From positions 1 to 61,386 of IMG/VR virus record IMGVR_UViG_3300017724_000002: a stretch of DNA of 61,386 nucleotides; one strand, written 5' to 3'. Positions 9,497-20,800 of the stretch are shown piece after piece (positions within the stretch are counted from its first letter, which is position 1; the number at the start of each line of letters is the position of its first letter). The notes under the pieces are model-generated. The model was given only the letters and a program-made list of their open reading frames with translations. It made no database searches and was not told the origin of the DNA. Origin of the DNA: a virus (lineage: Duplodnaviria > Caudoviricetes). The position numbers and the translations under genes are program-made.

Positions 9497-10534
9497 ATGC
9501 CAAGTAACCATACACGATATGTTAGCGCAGGTAAAGAGGTAACATATAACTCTCCTGTTAGCGCAACCGCAGTCGGTGAAGTTGAATCTGAATCATTCCA
9601 ACAATCCTATGATGTAATGAAAAGAAATGATATGAACTACTACGGTGCGGCTAAAGCAATTGTTAGCAAGAAAACCGCAGAAGGTAGCATTAGCATGGCT
9701 TTGCAACCGGACAAATTTACTCTTATGATGCTTCACGGTATTATGGGTATTGACACTCCAAGCGGTGGTGCAACCGCCTCAAGAGATTTTACAGAAATAG
9801 CATTAAGTTCTGCCTCAACCCTTCCATCATACACATTCCGTATTGGCCGTGACGAGCATGAGCATATTTTTGCAGGTCAAGTTATTGAATCTATTAGCAT
9901 TTCTTCAAGTATTGGAGAGTATTCTATGCTAACAGTTAACACTACTGGCGCAAAACAAAATTCTTCAACAGGTTCTCTTGGAAATACTCTTCCAACCTAT
10001 ACAAAAGATGCGGCACACTTCTCAAAAGTATTTGTTGACTTTGAGGGAACTGCAACCAATTCAAATCACTCTTTGCTTGTTCAAAGCGTTGACTTTGAAA
10101 TAAAAACCAATAGAGATATTGATAACTCATACAGTTTAGGAGATGAAACTTGCGTGCGTGCGCCTCCTGTTACTCTAAGAGAAATTAGCGGTTCTTTAAC
10201 TTTCCACAAGTCTGTTTTATCAGCAGATACAGGAACTAACGCCGAGCCACACTTTGATGAGTTAATGGGCGCAAATAGCACAAACGCACAAGGGATATTC
10301 AATCCTGCCGGTTCAACACCTGCTCTTTCTCTATTGTTTGAGGTTGACTCAAGCAATTTTATTAGATTTGACTTTTTCAAGATTCACTTTGAAATGCCCG
10401 AAACTTCTGTATCGGGTCGTGACTCTCAAACAATGACCGTGAACTTTCACGGATTGTATGACTTAGGCGGCGCAGAATCAATGGTAAAAATTGCGTGTCA
10501 GTCGGAAGATGGAATTGCAGATTATGATGTGTGA
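9497..10534 (+). CDS. Major tail tube protein
   Basis: TRYVSAGKEVTY, EGSISM, LPSYTFRIG, REISGSLTF motifs; own TATA-like box ~24 nt upstream; precedes chaperones and TMP; no sheath gene. Confidence 0.8.
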   Translation: MPSNHTRYVSAGKEVTYNSPVSATAVGEVESESFQQSYDVMKRNDMNYYGAAKAIVSKKTAEGSISMALQPDKFTLMMLHGIMGIDTPSGGATASRDFTEIALSSASTLPSYTFRIGRDEHEHIFAGQVIESISISSSIGEYSMLTVNTTGAKQNSSTGSLGNTLPTYTKDAAHFSKVFVDFEGTATNSNHSLLVQSVDFEIKTNRDIDNSYSLGDETCVRAPPVTLREISGSLTFHKSVLSADTGTNAEPHFDELMGANSTNAQGIFNPAGSTPALSLLFEVDSSNFIRFDFFKIHFEMPETSVSGRDSQTMTVNFHGLYDLGGAESMVKIACQSEDGIADYDV

Positions 10535-10548
10535 TAGGTGGTGCTTAA

Positions 10549-10740
10549 ATGAGTCACACCATCACAGACAACACCAAACTACGAACTGCCGTAGTATATG
10601 GAAATCAATTGACAATACACAGTCAAATTCAAAGCGGTTTGCAAGGTCTTGCAAATGGCGATAAAGTTATTGATATTAGCGTAGTAAGAAAAAGCGTTGG
10701 TAATCAATTTGTAGGAATAATATCTTATGAATTAGCATGA
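10549..10740 (+). CDS. Small hypothetical protein
   Basis: ORF with GGTGGTG SD in the tail operon. Confidence 0.55.
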   Translation: MSHTITDNTKLRTAVVYGNQLTIHSQIQSGLQGLANGDKVIDISVVRKSVGNQFVGIISYELA

Positions 10741-10777
10741 TAGTAAAGTATAGTATAGAAAAGAGAAGTGAAAAAAT

Positions 10778-11128
10778 ATGCCAGTATTGAAAAAAGAAAT
10801 AGAGTTAACAGACGGAACTAAAATTTGGGTCAGACAAGCCTCCGGTATGGAGAAACTACCCATCGAAAACAAACAAGCGGGAGTATTTAGAAAGGTTAAG
10901 CATTATGGCGATGACCCGACTAAATGGACTGATGAGCAAAATGAAGAATTTGCGCAAATGCTTGATGATGCAGGCGCAGGTCTTGCAGACCAAATACAAT
11001 CATGGATTCCAAATTGTGTCATAGAGCCTGTTGATTTTGACATTAACATCTTGACTTCGGAAGAAATACGCACATTACTAAACTTTGTGCGTGGCGACAC
11101 TTTGGAGGGTGCAATCCCTTTGGGATAA
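10778..11128 (+). CDS. Tail assembly chaperone (gpG-like)
   Basis: Between tail tube and TMP; ends at slippery CCCTTTGGGA. Confidence 0.75.
   Translation: MPVLKKEIELTDGTKIWVRQASGMEKLPIENKQAGVFRKVKHYGDDPTKWTDEQNEEFAQMLDDAGAGLADQIQSWIPNCVIEPVDFDINILTSEEIRTLLNFVRGDTLEGAIPLG
11116..11125 (+). promoter_or_regulatory. Programmed -1 frameshift site (C CCT TTG / T TTG GGA)
   Basis: XXXYYYZ heptamers just before TAA 11126-11128; the -1 frame is open (PFGIIHRVLPSLC...) to 11412. Confidence 0.7.
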
Positions 11129-11139
11129 TCCATAGAGTA

Positions 11140-11412
11140 TTGCCTTCTCTATGTAGCACATTCAAAGGACAATTACCACATGAATTATACTTAAAATACA
11201 ATGAGGATAATGGCTACGAAAGAATGCAATTCGATATGGAGGTCGCAAGAGAGATAAGTGAAAGAATTACTGAGCAACACGAAGCGGCAAAGTCGGGAAG
11301 AAAAAGCCCAACGGATGCCCGAAGTGCAGTAGCCCGCCGTGACCAAAGGCGAGCAGAAAGAGTTGAGGGAAAAGATTTAAGCGACATGATAGGAAAATGG
11401 GCAAGTGATTAG
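11140..11412 (+). CDS. Tail assembly chaperone frameshift extension (gpT-like)
   Basis: -1 frame relative to 10778-11128; only a TTG start without clear SD. Confidence 0.7.
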   Translation: MPSLCSTFKGQLPHELYLKYNEDNGYERMQFDMEVAREISERITEQHEAAKSGRKSPTDARSAVARRDQRRAERVEGKDLSDMIGKWASD

Positions 11413-11414
11413 AA

Positions 11415-14400
11415 ATGGCAAGAGCAGGTGCGGCAAGAGTCTTTTTCGATGTTGTCGGAACATTTCAAGCCACAAAATTAATTGCTGATTCCAAGTCTGC
11501 CGCAACCGTTCAAACTGCAATTTTTATGGATGCCGCCGCTAATATTGCGGATTCATTTGATGAAATGGCTTCTGCCGTTCTTGAGTCCGTTGGCGAAATA
11601 ATGGATTCATTTTTTGAATTTGAGGCGCAGTTAGTCCGTGTTGAAAAATTTTATGGTGATTCCGGCGGTGTTGAAAAATTCGCAGAAGCCTCTATTGCTC
11701 TCGGTGAAGGATTTGCATTTAGTGGTGAGCAAGCATTACAAGCAAGCGCAAAAACTGCGCAATTGAAACAGGTTCTTGAATCGCAAGAAGCAATTATTGA
11801 AGCCACAAGAGGCGGTCTTTTGATGGCCGCAGTTGGTGAAATGGAAACAGAAATGGGAATGAACCGTCTTATCCAGTTAGCACAACAAACTGGATTTATG
11901 CTTGGTACTTTGACAAAGGCACAGTATGACGCACTTGGCGCAGAACAACAAGCAAATGTAGTGCGTGGAAATACATTGCGTGTGTTAGACCAATTAAACA
12001 CTGTTGAAAATACATCGGTTGCTACAATGGAAGATATTACCTTTGTTCTTAACCAATTTTCTGCGCAGGCTAATATTGCCGGTGAATCTATTGGTGAAAT
12101 GGCCGCTATGTCTGCTCTATTGCTAGAAACTGGTGAAGAAGTGAGCAGGGCAGGAACAGGTCTGCGTATGATTTATCAGCGTATTGGTAATGCAAATACA
12201 GATGCAGTAAAAACACTTCAAGAATTGATGGGTGGCGTTGATGCTTCGGTAATTACGCAAATGAAATTTTCTGATATTATTAAAGAAATTGCGCCTGCGT
12301 ATGAAACTATGACTGCCGAGCAAAAAAGAAATCTTGCGGTATCAATTGCAGGTTCTCGTCACTATGTAAAATTCTTGAAAATAATGGAAAATCAAGAGCG
12401 TCTTGTTGAGTTGCAAACAAGCGCATATCATGGTGCATACAGTGCTATTGATGAGTATAATTTAAGAACAGAAAAAGCATTTTTTGAAATGGAACAGTTG
12501 CAAGCAATGACTACAAACTTGCGTGTTGAGTTAGGTGAAAATCTTGCTGACGCATACTTGCAAGCAGAAACCGCAACATATCATTTCCTTGATGCGGTTT
12601 TATCATTAAATGAAACAGAATTAGGCGGCAATGTAATGAATAGCGTCATAATTATGTCTGGTCTATATCAAAATCTTATTGCGCCGTTTGCAAATGTTGG
12701 TTTTCAATTAATGAATATGGTTATTGCATTTAGGACTTTATCAGCAGTGCAAGCACAATTAAATCCTCAAACAATTTTACAAAGAAATAATCATATTGCT
12801 CTTGCTAACGCTACTAAAATAACAACAAATGCTTACAATGAGTTTTCATCAACATATAATGTAATGGTTGGTCAAGCGCAAATAAGAAGTAGTGCTTTTA
12901 GGGCTACTCTTGCAGAAGCAAGAATGGAACAAGGAAGGCTCAATTCTGAATTACAACTAGCATCTGCGGCTCACGCAGACGCAACGGCTCATGTTGCGGC
13001 TCATGGAAGAATACTTGCAAGAAATAATGCAGGTATGAAATCGTCTTTTGCTATACATAGTATAACAGGAAAAAGAGTATATGAAAGTAGCAACGCTATG
13101 GCTTTCCAAACTATGCGTATGAAAGAAAGTAAAGTAGCGATGGATGCGTTAAATTTAGAAATAATGGAAAATACCGGACTTCAAGTTAAGTTTATTGGAT
13201 TAAACCTTCAAGCAGGCATGGGTGCGGCAAACTATAACTCTCTTATGGCTAATGGTTTGACAACAATTGTTCAAAATACACAGGCGCATAGAGATTTAGT
13301 AAATGCAAGACAACAAGAAGCACAGGTATTAAAGCAGTCGCACATGATACTTATGCCACTAAATGCGGCAGAAATGCAACAGGCAACATTAGCAGTACAA
13401 AGGAAAAATCAAAAAATACAAGAGTTGCAAGTTGAAACTGGACTTATGCGCAGTCGCCAATTGCGCAATCAAATCGACAAGGGAGAAACAGACCCTATTT
13501 TAACAAAAGAAATTGCAAAAAATGAAAAGAAGATTTCACAGATGCAAAGAGAAAATCTTGCATTAGAAAGAGGAATATTATCTTCTAAACAAGCCAATGT
13601 CGCCGCAAAAGCAGAAATTGCTAATAACGGAATGGCTACTATGACTCTTAGACAAAAAGCAGTTGCATACGGACAGGCGGCAAGTGCAGGTTTTAAATTA
13701 GGTATTGCTGGTCAAAGTGTCAATAGAGCATTAATGCCAATGACTATGATATTGCCGTTTGTTACAGACGGCGCAGATAGTATGAAATGGATGATGGCAG
13801 GTATGGCCGCAATTATGATGGTCAAGGTTGTTACTGCAATTAGAGCAATGAATTTCAACCTAAGTAAAACAGTAATGCTTCAAGCCGCAGTTAGCGGTGG
13901 AACAAGTATTGCAATAGCCGCAATTGGTTTATTTGCGTCAAAAATGTTATTAGACCAATTTATAGGTGACGATTTCTTAGCAAGCCCTATTGATAATTTA
14001 AATGAATTTAACGATGGCCTTATAACCGCAGAAGGTACTCTTTCTGCATTAGTAGGTTCAACAGACGCAATTCTTGCAGGTGTTGTTGATGAGTCCTTTT
14101 CAGAATTAAAAAACCAACCCGAAATGATGGCTGAATCTATTGCGAAAGTTTCTCAAGAAATTACTGATTTAAAAAATGCGCAAATAGGTTTAGATTCAGA
14201 AAGCGCACTTTTCAATCAATTGGCGGCAGATATTGATGCGGCACAAAAAGCAGAAAATAATTTAAACGATTTGTTAACAGAAAGACAAAGACTTGATTTA
14301 ATTAATTCTTCTTTAGACAACAATAAATCAAATATAGCAGGCATTGATACAAAACAAAATTATCTAACTCAATTACCAACAAACAACTTCTTAAAACATA

Positions 14401-14885
14401 TCCCACTACCTAAATTAATTAAAACACATAAAGATTATTTTGTTGAATATACAGATTTATACGGTAACTTTCATAGAGAAGAAATGAAAAACAGGAAAGA
14501 AGCAAATGAAAGAATTGAAGAATTAGAAATTCAATTTGGCGAAGAAAATCTAAAAAACCAAAAAGCATATCTTGACGCAATGTTTGCGCAAGAAGAACAA
14601 GCGGCGCAAAATAGTATTGATTTATTTACAGAAACAAATGAGCAAGCAATGGGTGAAATGTTTCAGTTTGCTAATGCAAGAGAAGAGTTATTCTTCGGTC
14701 AGCGTCAGAATTTTACTGGCGCACTATACAAACAAGTATCGCAAGGAGGAATTGAAAACCTTTTGCATAAAACAGAAATTATTCAAACTAATGTCTTTAA
14801 TGGCATGACACTTCCCGAAATGGTTAGTCAAGTAGCAGATGGAGTAGTAGCGGAGTTAAACAATAGGGGAGTAATGAGCAGATGA
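11415..14885 (+). CDS. Tail tape measure protein
   Basis: 1156-aa helical, Ala-rich protein with TP901-type core (GESIGEMAAMSALL...SRAGTGLRMIYQRI) and hydrophobic segments. Confidence 0.9.
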   Translation: MARAGAARVFFDVVGTFQATKLIADSKSAATVQTAIFMDAAANIADSFDEMASAVLESVGEIMDSFFEFEAQLVRVEKFYGDSGGVEKFAEASIALGEGFAFSGEQALQASAKTAQLKQVLESQEAIIEATRGGLLMAAVGEMETEMGMNRLIQLAQQTGFMLGTLTKAQYDALGAEQQANVVRGNTLRVLDQLNTVENTSVATMEDITFVLNQFSAQANIAGESIGEMAAMSALLLETGEEVSRAGTGLRMIYQRIGNANTDAVKTLQELMGGVDASVITQMKFSDIIKEIAPAYETMTAEQKRNLAVSIAGSRHYVKFLKIMENQERLVELQTSAYHGAYSAIDEYNLRTEKAFFEMEQLQAMTTNLRVELGENLADAYLQAETATYHFLDAVLSLNETELGGNVMNSVIIMSGLYQNLIAPFANVGFQLMNMVIAFRTLSAVQAQLNPQTILQRNNHIALANATKITTNAYNEFSSTYNVMVGQAQIRSSAFRATLAEARMEQGRLNSELQLASAAHADATAHVAAHGRILARNNAGMKSSFAIHSITGKRVYESSNAMAFQTMRMKESKVAMDALNLEIMENTGLQVKFIGLNLQAGMGAANYNSLMANGLTTIVQNTQAHRDLVNARQQEAQVLKQSHMILMPLNAAEMQQATLAVQRKNQKIQELQVETGLMRSRQLRNQIDKGETDPILTKEIAKNEKKISQMQRENLALERGILSSKQANVAAKAEIANNGMATMTLRQKAVAYGQAASAGFKLGIAGQSVNRALMPMTMILPFVTDGADSMKWMMAGMAAIMMVKVVTAIRAMNFNLSKTVMLQAAVSGGTSIAIAAIGLFASKMLLDQFIGDDFLASPIDNLNEFNDGLITAEGTLSALVGSTDAILAGVVDESFSELKNQPEMMAESIAKVSQEITDLKNAQIGLDSESALFNQLAADIDAAQKAENNLNDLLTERQRLDLINSSLDNNKSNIAGIDTKQNYLTQLPTNNFLKHIPLPKLIKTHKDYFVEYTDLYGNFHREEMKNRKEANERIEELEIQFGEENLKNQKAYLDAMFAQEEQAAQNSIDLFTETNEQAMGEMFQFANAREELFFGQRQNFTGALYKQVSQGGIENLLHKTEIIQTNVFNGMTLPEMVSQVADGVVAELNNRGVMSR

Positions 14886-17800
14886 AAACAGTTAATTTTG
14901 AAAATTCTTTTTGGCTTACTGGTTATTTTGATGATTTCCATAAGCCGGTTGGTGTTGCAGACGATAAAAATACAGGCGCAGAAAGAACACACGACCATAC
15001 TATAACTCATTTTGGTAGTGTCTTAGGAGGAAATAACCCTTTCAACCCAAGATATTTTTTTGCGCACTATGATAGACTGCGCAGTGGCGGTATAAATGAC
15101 GGTTTAAACGCTATTGATTTAACAGGAATAATTACAGGTAATACAAAACTTGGCGACCCTCATAACTACTTAACTACTAATAATAATAAATTAACTATGA
15201 ATGCAGGTATTCACGAATGGATTACTGTTGACTCAACTAACTCAGATGGTATATTAACAGAAAATAATACTTATTTGTTTTCACCAAACTCTTTATGCGC
15301 AAATAGACATAAATGGAACGGCGCAGGAAATGAAGGATATTTAAGATTTAAAAATTCACATGATACTGCCGGAAATTATTATGCGCCGACTGGAACAATA
15401 GACCCGACTTATGGTGGTAGTGAAGTATTTTCACCACAAGAAAATTTAGGTGCGAGTTTTATAGGTGCAGGGCAAACTATGCTCAATAATAGAAGCGGAG
15501 GATATTCAAAACTAATTACATATACTCCAAACGCAACACAAATTCATACTCATTTTGCCGGTATCTATAACGGAGAGCAGGCTCAATCGGCATTAGACCA
15601 CACTCTAACAAGACCACAAAAATATCTTCACAATATTACTTCTCCTTCCGGTCAAAATTTTATGATTAATTCATTGTATAGCGACATAATTAGTAGTGGA
15701 AATCAACGATTAATTACTTATGATGGCGCATTGCGTTTGCGTGGTTTAGGAGAAATGTTCCATTTGCGCATTGCGTCACACAAAATTGGAGATTGGGCAT
15801 TAACTGCATATTTATTAAAAATTGGTTTTGGTGACTCAGCAACATATAATACCACGACTAATGATTTTGTTTCAAGTAATTCTTTAGCAACAATTGTTCT
15901 TCCATCAAGTTTATTTTCAAATCTTGATAAATGGAATGGTAATACACAATCAACATATAATGCAGACCAAGTATGGATAGATGTTTTTGTTCAATTTGAT
16001 TTTAACGCAAATACTTATGCAGTGTATATTAATGATGAAACAACCGCATCGGCAGGTGGTTCTCTTACAGGAGGTATAGATTATACTACGGCAAAGGGTT
16101 GGAGTCTTGATGCAGTGATTGGTACTAATGGTTCGCAAAATAGCGTGGCTCTCGATACATTAATTGATAGAGCAAGTGTTATTTTACCTCTTAACTGGCG
16201 ACATGGCGGTGTTTCATTCCCACCTCCTATTGAAGCACTTAGTTTTAATTCCGGTATAGACAAAGTATCAACACTTAGTATTACTGTACTTGATGACCAA
16301 AATGAATTTGCACTATCGGCATTGACAACAGGAAGTAGTGCAAGTGAATGGCGACTACTTATGATGAATAGTGATGAATCGAGAGTGCTTTGGTCGGGAT
16401 TTGTTGATGGAGTACAACATTCACAAAATAAACATGGAAATCTTTTACAAACTACTATTGATGCAAGAGATTCATTAGGTACTCTTGATAGAATACTTCC
16501 AATATGGGAAACAGGACAGAATGCGCACACTTCACTAAATCAACATATATCAATGGATAATTTTAACACAAAACGAAACTTTGAAACTTCGCAAATTTTA
16601 AGCAAAATGTTATTTGGCGCAAACCAATTAACTGTTTCAGAAAATACATTAGGTTTTAACTCATACGATGTTGCCGCAGGGGGAACGGTTAATGATTCTT
16701 TTAGTCGTAACAATGATGCAAGAACACGACTTTTTTCGGGTCAATCTATTCAAATGTATATTGGAGAAGATGAATACGGCGCAAACGAAATAGAAAAAGA
16801 GTGGGAAGGAGGAAACAATAGCACCTTTGGACTTCTTGATGTTATTGCCATAGATACAGACCACTCAAGTAATAAACTGCGCATTATGGTTGAGTATGAT
16901 GTTGATATTGACGGCCAACCTCCTGCTTTTACTAATGCTTATGATATGGCGCAAACACTAACAAGTCATAGAGGAATTGCCGTTGGAGATGATATTACTT
17001 TAATGGGTTCAAACGGCGCAGGAAGTTATAATGGCGACCATACTATTACTGCAATAAAAGTTTTAAGAAGAGTCCAAAGACATATTGGAACTGTTTTAGC
17101 AGGTTATCAAAATGTAAATACAACAAAGTATGTTGTTCAAATAGATACATCTTCGACATACAATACCGGCGATAACGCATTTAAATTAACTTCGGTGGTT
17201 GCAAACTATACAAATCCAAAAACTGCATATTCCACTGTTATGACTTATAGTGGGTATCAAATAAATAACTATGAAGCAAATTTTAATGACGGAGTTTCTG
17301 AATTTCCAGTCCATCTTAAATTTACAACACAATCTGCGCATGGTTTAAGCGTTGGGGATTGGTTTATGATGCCAAGCGGAATACAAGACCCTTTGGGTGC
17401 TACGCAAGGGCTACACTGTGAACCGTTACAAGTTATTGCAGTGTATGATTCGACTACATTTAGTGTTGTTGCGCCTTATGATGTATTAGGTGGTAGTTTT
17501 GGAACTGTATCTTTAACAAATATGGATATACCTAAAATGTCTGTTTATGACGCAAACCCTCTTGCTATTGCGAATAGACCTCCAAAATCAAAACCAGTTA
17601 TCTTTAAGAAAAATACTAATCTTTTATCAAATACTATTATGCAAAGACTAAGACATAGAACAATTCATGCTCGATGGATGCGTGATTTGCCTTTATCTCC
17701 TTATTTTAGAGCGCAATTTGGAGTTATTGAACCCCTTCCTTATTGGCGTTGTGGAAGTAAAACTGCAATAAATTGGTTGTTTAGCCCTAATAAAATGAAC

Positions 17801-20800
17801 GCAGGCATAGGAGGAAGCACAGTACCCGGAGTTAATCAAGTTAATACTGATGGCTCAATTTATGCTTATAGAGGACTTGATGTTACACATCACGCCAGTA
17901 ACCCTATAACTCCAAGTACCACTGAATTAAGATTTGATGATATTGCTATGTGGCATTTTATTAAAAAATACAATATGGAAGATGAAGGAATTATTCTTGA
18001 ATTGCTTGATAAAGATACTCTTGAATCACAATTTGCAATTGGAAATACTGTAACAGACCCCACATATTATTCAGCAGTGGATTGGGATGCTAATACAGAA
18101 ACATTTACTATAACTGGAACTGGTAGTGTTTCCATAGGAAAAATTGTAATACATGAAGGATTTAAGGATTTTGACCTTAATGGAGTATTTCAAGTTACAG
18201 GTTGTTTATCGACTGCGGAATATAGAGCGTCTAAAATTATCTTTGAAACTTTAATTGATGAGTTTAACTATGTGCGCAATAAATATCAAGGCAATTCCCA
18301 GTGGACTGCGGGAAGTGCGCATTATTTTGACGACCCCGATGCAATAAGAGTTAATAGAAAAGAATTAGATTTTACCGCAATACAAGTGATTTCTCCTAAT
18401 CAAATTCCTGTAACTCAAAGTGGTAAAGGAAGATACGCAGGTGCAAATGGTATAACCATAGGCGGTATAAAAGGAATTAAGAAAAAGTATGACCCCGATA
18501 GAACTATTGTTAGTCTGCGCAAAATTGATGAAAGCAATGGTTACAAGCATTTGTATGTTCTTTGGGCTGATATGCGCAATGATGGAACGGCTAATGCAGA
18601 TGGTAATTTGCGCAAACAAGAGTTTGGGATGATTTTACCAACAACAGAAAATTACAAAGTCGAAGTTTGTATTGCAGACCAATTTGATGAAAACAACAAC
18701 CCCGATGTTTTTACTGAGTTAAAGGTTGGTGAAGAGGTTGATTTGTGGCAATTTGACGCAACATCAGAACCATTTACAGGTAACTCATGGGCTTCTTTAA
18801 ATGGAGGTAGTAATTATGAACCTCTTGATGACAGATACCATAACTGGGAAACAAAAGGTGGCTCTTTTGTAATTATTGATGCCTCAAGATTTTATAACTT
18901 AAACACAATGGCTACTGGTGGAAGAAGCGGATATTCAAGTGGTGGGCTTGTTGACTTTGGCGATTATGTTCTTGCGACAAAGGGATTTCCTTATCTTACT
19001 GATGCCTATTACAAAGCAGGAATAGCATCTTATAGAAATACAGACCCACTTCCTTTCATAAACCCACAGGTTGCATTTTCCGGTGTTTCTGCGCATAAAA
19101 ACTCTCTTTATATGTTAAACGATAGAGCATTTTTAAATGGTGATATATTATTAGGCGGAACTACTTTACAGGTCGAAGATAATACTTTATTTGGAACAAG
19201 CGGAACTGGCTCGATAATTTGTCAAGCAGGGGAAAATCGTTCACAAGAAGATTTAATTTATTATTTTTCATGGACTGGAAAGGGCGTTAATACAACGGGA
19301 GATACTTTAACTGGCGTGTATATTACATCTATTCCGGTTTCTCAAATAACTGATATTGCGACAATCAACACAATTCTTGCCGCAGAAAAGGCGAATCTTG
19401 TTGCTACATCTTCAACCGTTGCTTCAAGAGCAAATATTACTCTAAAAGACCCCGATGATGAAACTTCAACAGGAACATTTAGAAAGGTTTTAGTTTTTAA
19501 CACACCATCTGCCGTATTCCCGTTGCGTCTTTCAGTAAATTTAACTGGAATTATTAAATCTGAAAATACTGCAACATACTATGCGCATGATAAACTGCGC
19601 AGTATGTTTTCTCTTTCTTGCGCAGATACTTGGGCTACAAATACATCGTTGCCTTGTCTTTATGATATGCCAAAAACACGACAAATGGTTAAAGAAATTA
19701 ATAGTACAGACACAGATTCATTTGGTTCTCATTTTGACGGCAAAAATACAACAATTTTAAGTATTGCTCAAGAAATAGTTAGCAAAGATGGTAATGGAAA
19801 AACACATCAAACTACTCTTAACTATTTGATGGATAGAGATAACATAATGACAATAAGGCAAAAAATACCAAGTGGTATCGAGTTAAATAGAAACAATATG
19901 TTAAACTCAAAAATGTCATCAAGGTTAGGTTCTCAAATAACTAATGTGCGTGTTTATTACAATGGAAATTCAAACTTTGTTGATTTCCCCGAACCAATAT
20001 CGGGAACGCCGACTCGTTGGCGCACATTAAATTATGAAAATGTATTTAGTAGTGAAGAGGCAATGGCTCTTGCAAAACAAGAGTTTTTGCGTGAAAGAAA
20101 TGCGCAAGTTTCAATTAGCGCAGAAATATTGCTTACTGAGAATCAAAAAAGTAAAATGCTTGACGGTGGCCGTTATGGTTATGTTCAAGATTCTTTTGTT
20201 AGACAGTATGTTTATGATAGGTACGCAAATGCTTCATGGACTAATAACTTTGGAGGTTTAAAGTATAGCGGCATTCAAGACTTTAGACATAGTAACAATA
20301 AAAGATTTAAACATGCCAGTGTTGACGCTGATATTATTTTACAAAGCAAGGATGATTACCCTAACAACGCAGAAGGCGCAACAGGTTTCATAATGATTCC
20401 CGACCCACAAAGATTTGATTTTGGCGCAAATGGAATACATATTAGTAAATCGGCTAACGGAAATGGATTTTTGGTTGACATAAATTCGGCAGGCGAAATA
20501 CGGTATGGCGGTGTAGGAACATTTACTGCTTTAGTTGATGGTTGGCAGGCAGTAGCAGATAACGGCGGTACAGATGCAGTTTATGTTTTCTGCGAAACAG
20601 GATTTACGCCTCCGCCAACAGATGAGTTACTTGTTCCAATGACAGTCGTTCCGGCATTTGGAAGGGCAAGAGGTTATCCATCATACGGAACAAAAAGTTT
20701 AAGTCAATGTGTAAAGGTTATGTATGTTGAAAAAGACACACCTTATGTTAGTGAAACTACTGGCAATGAATTGCGTCTTGCTATCACAATTGATGGTGGA

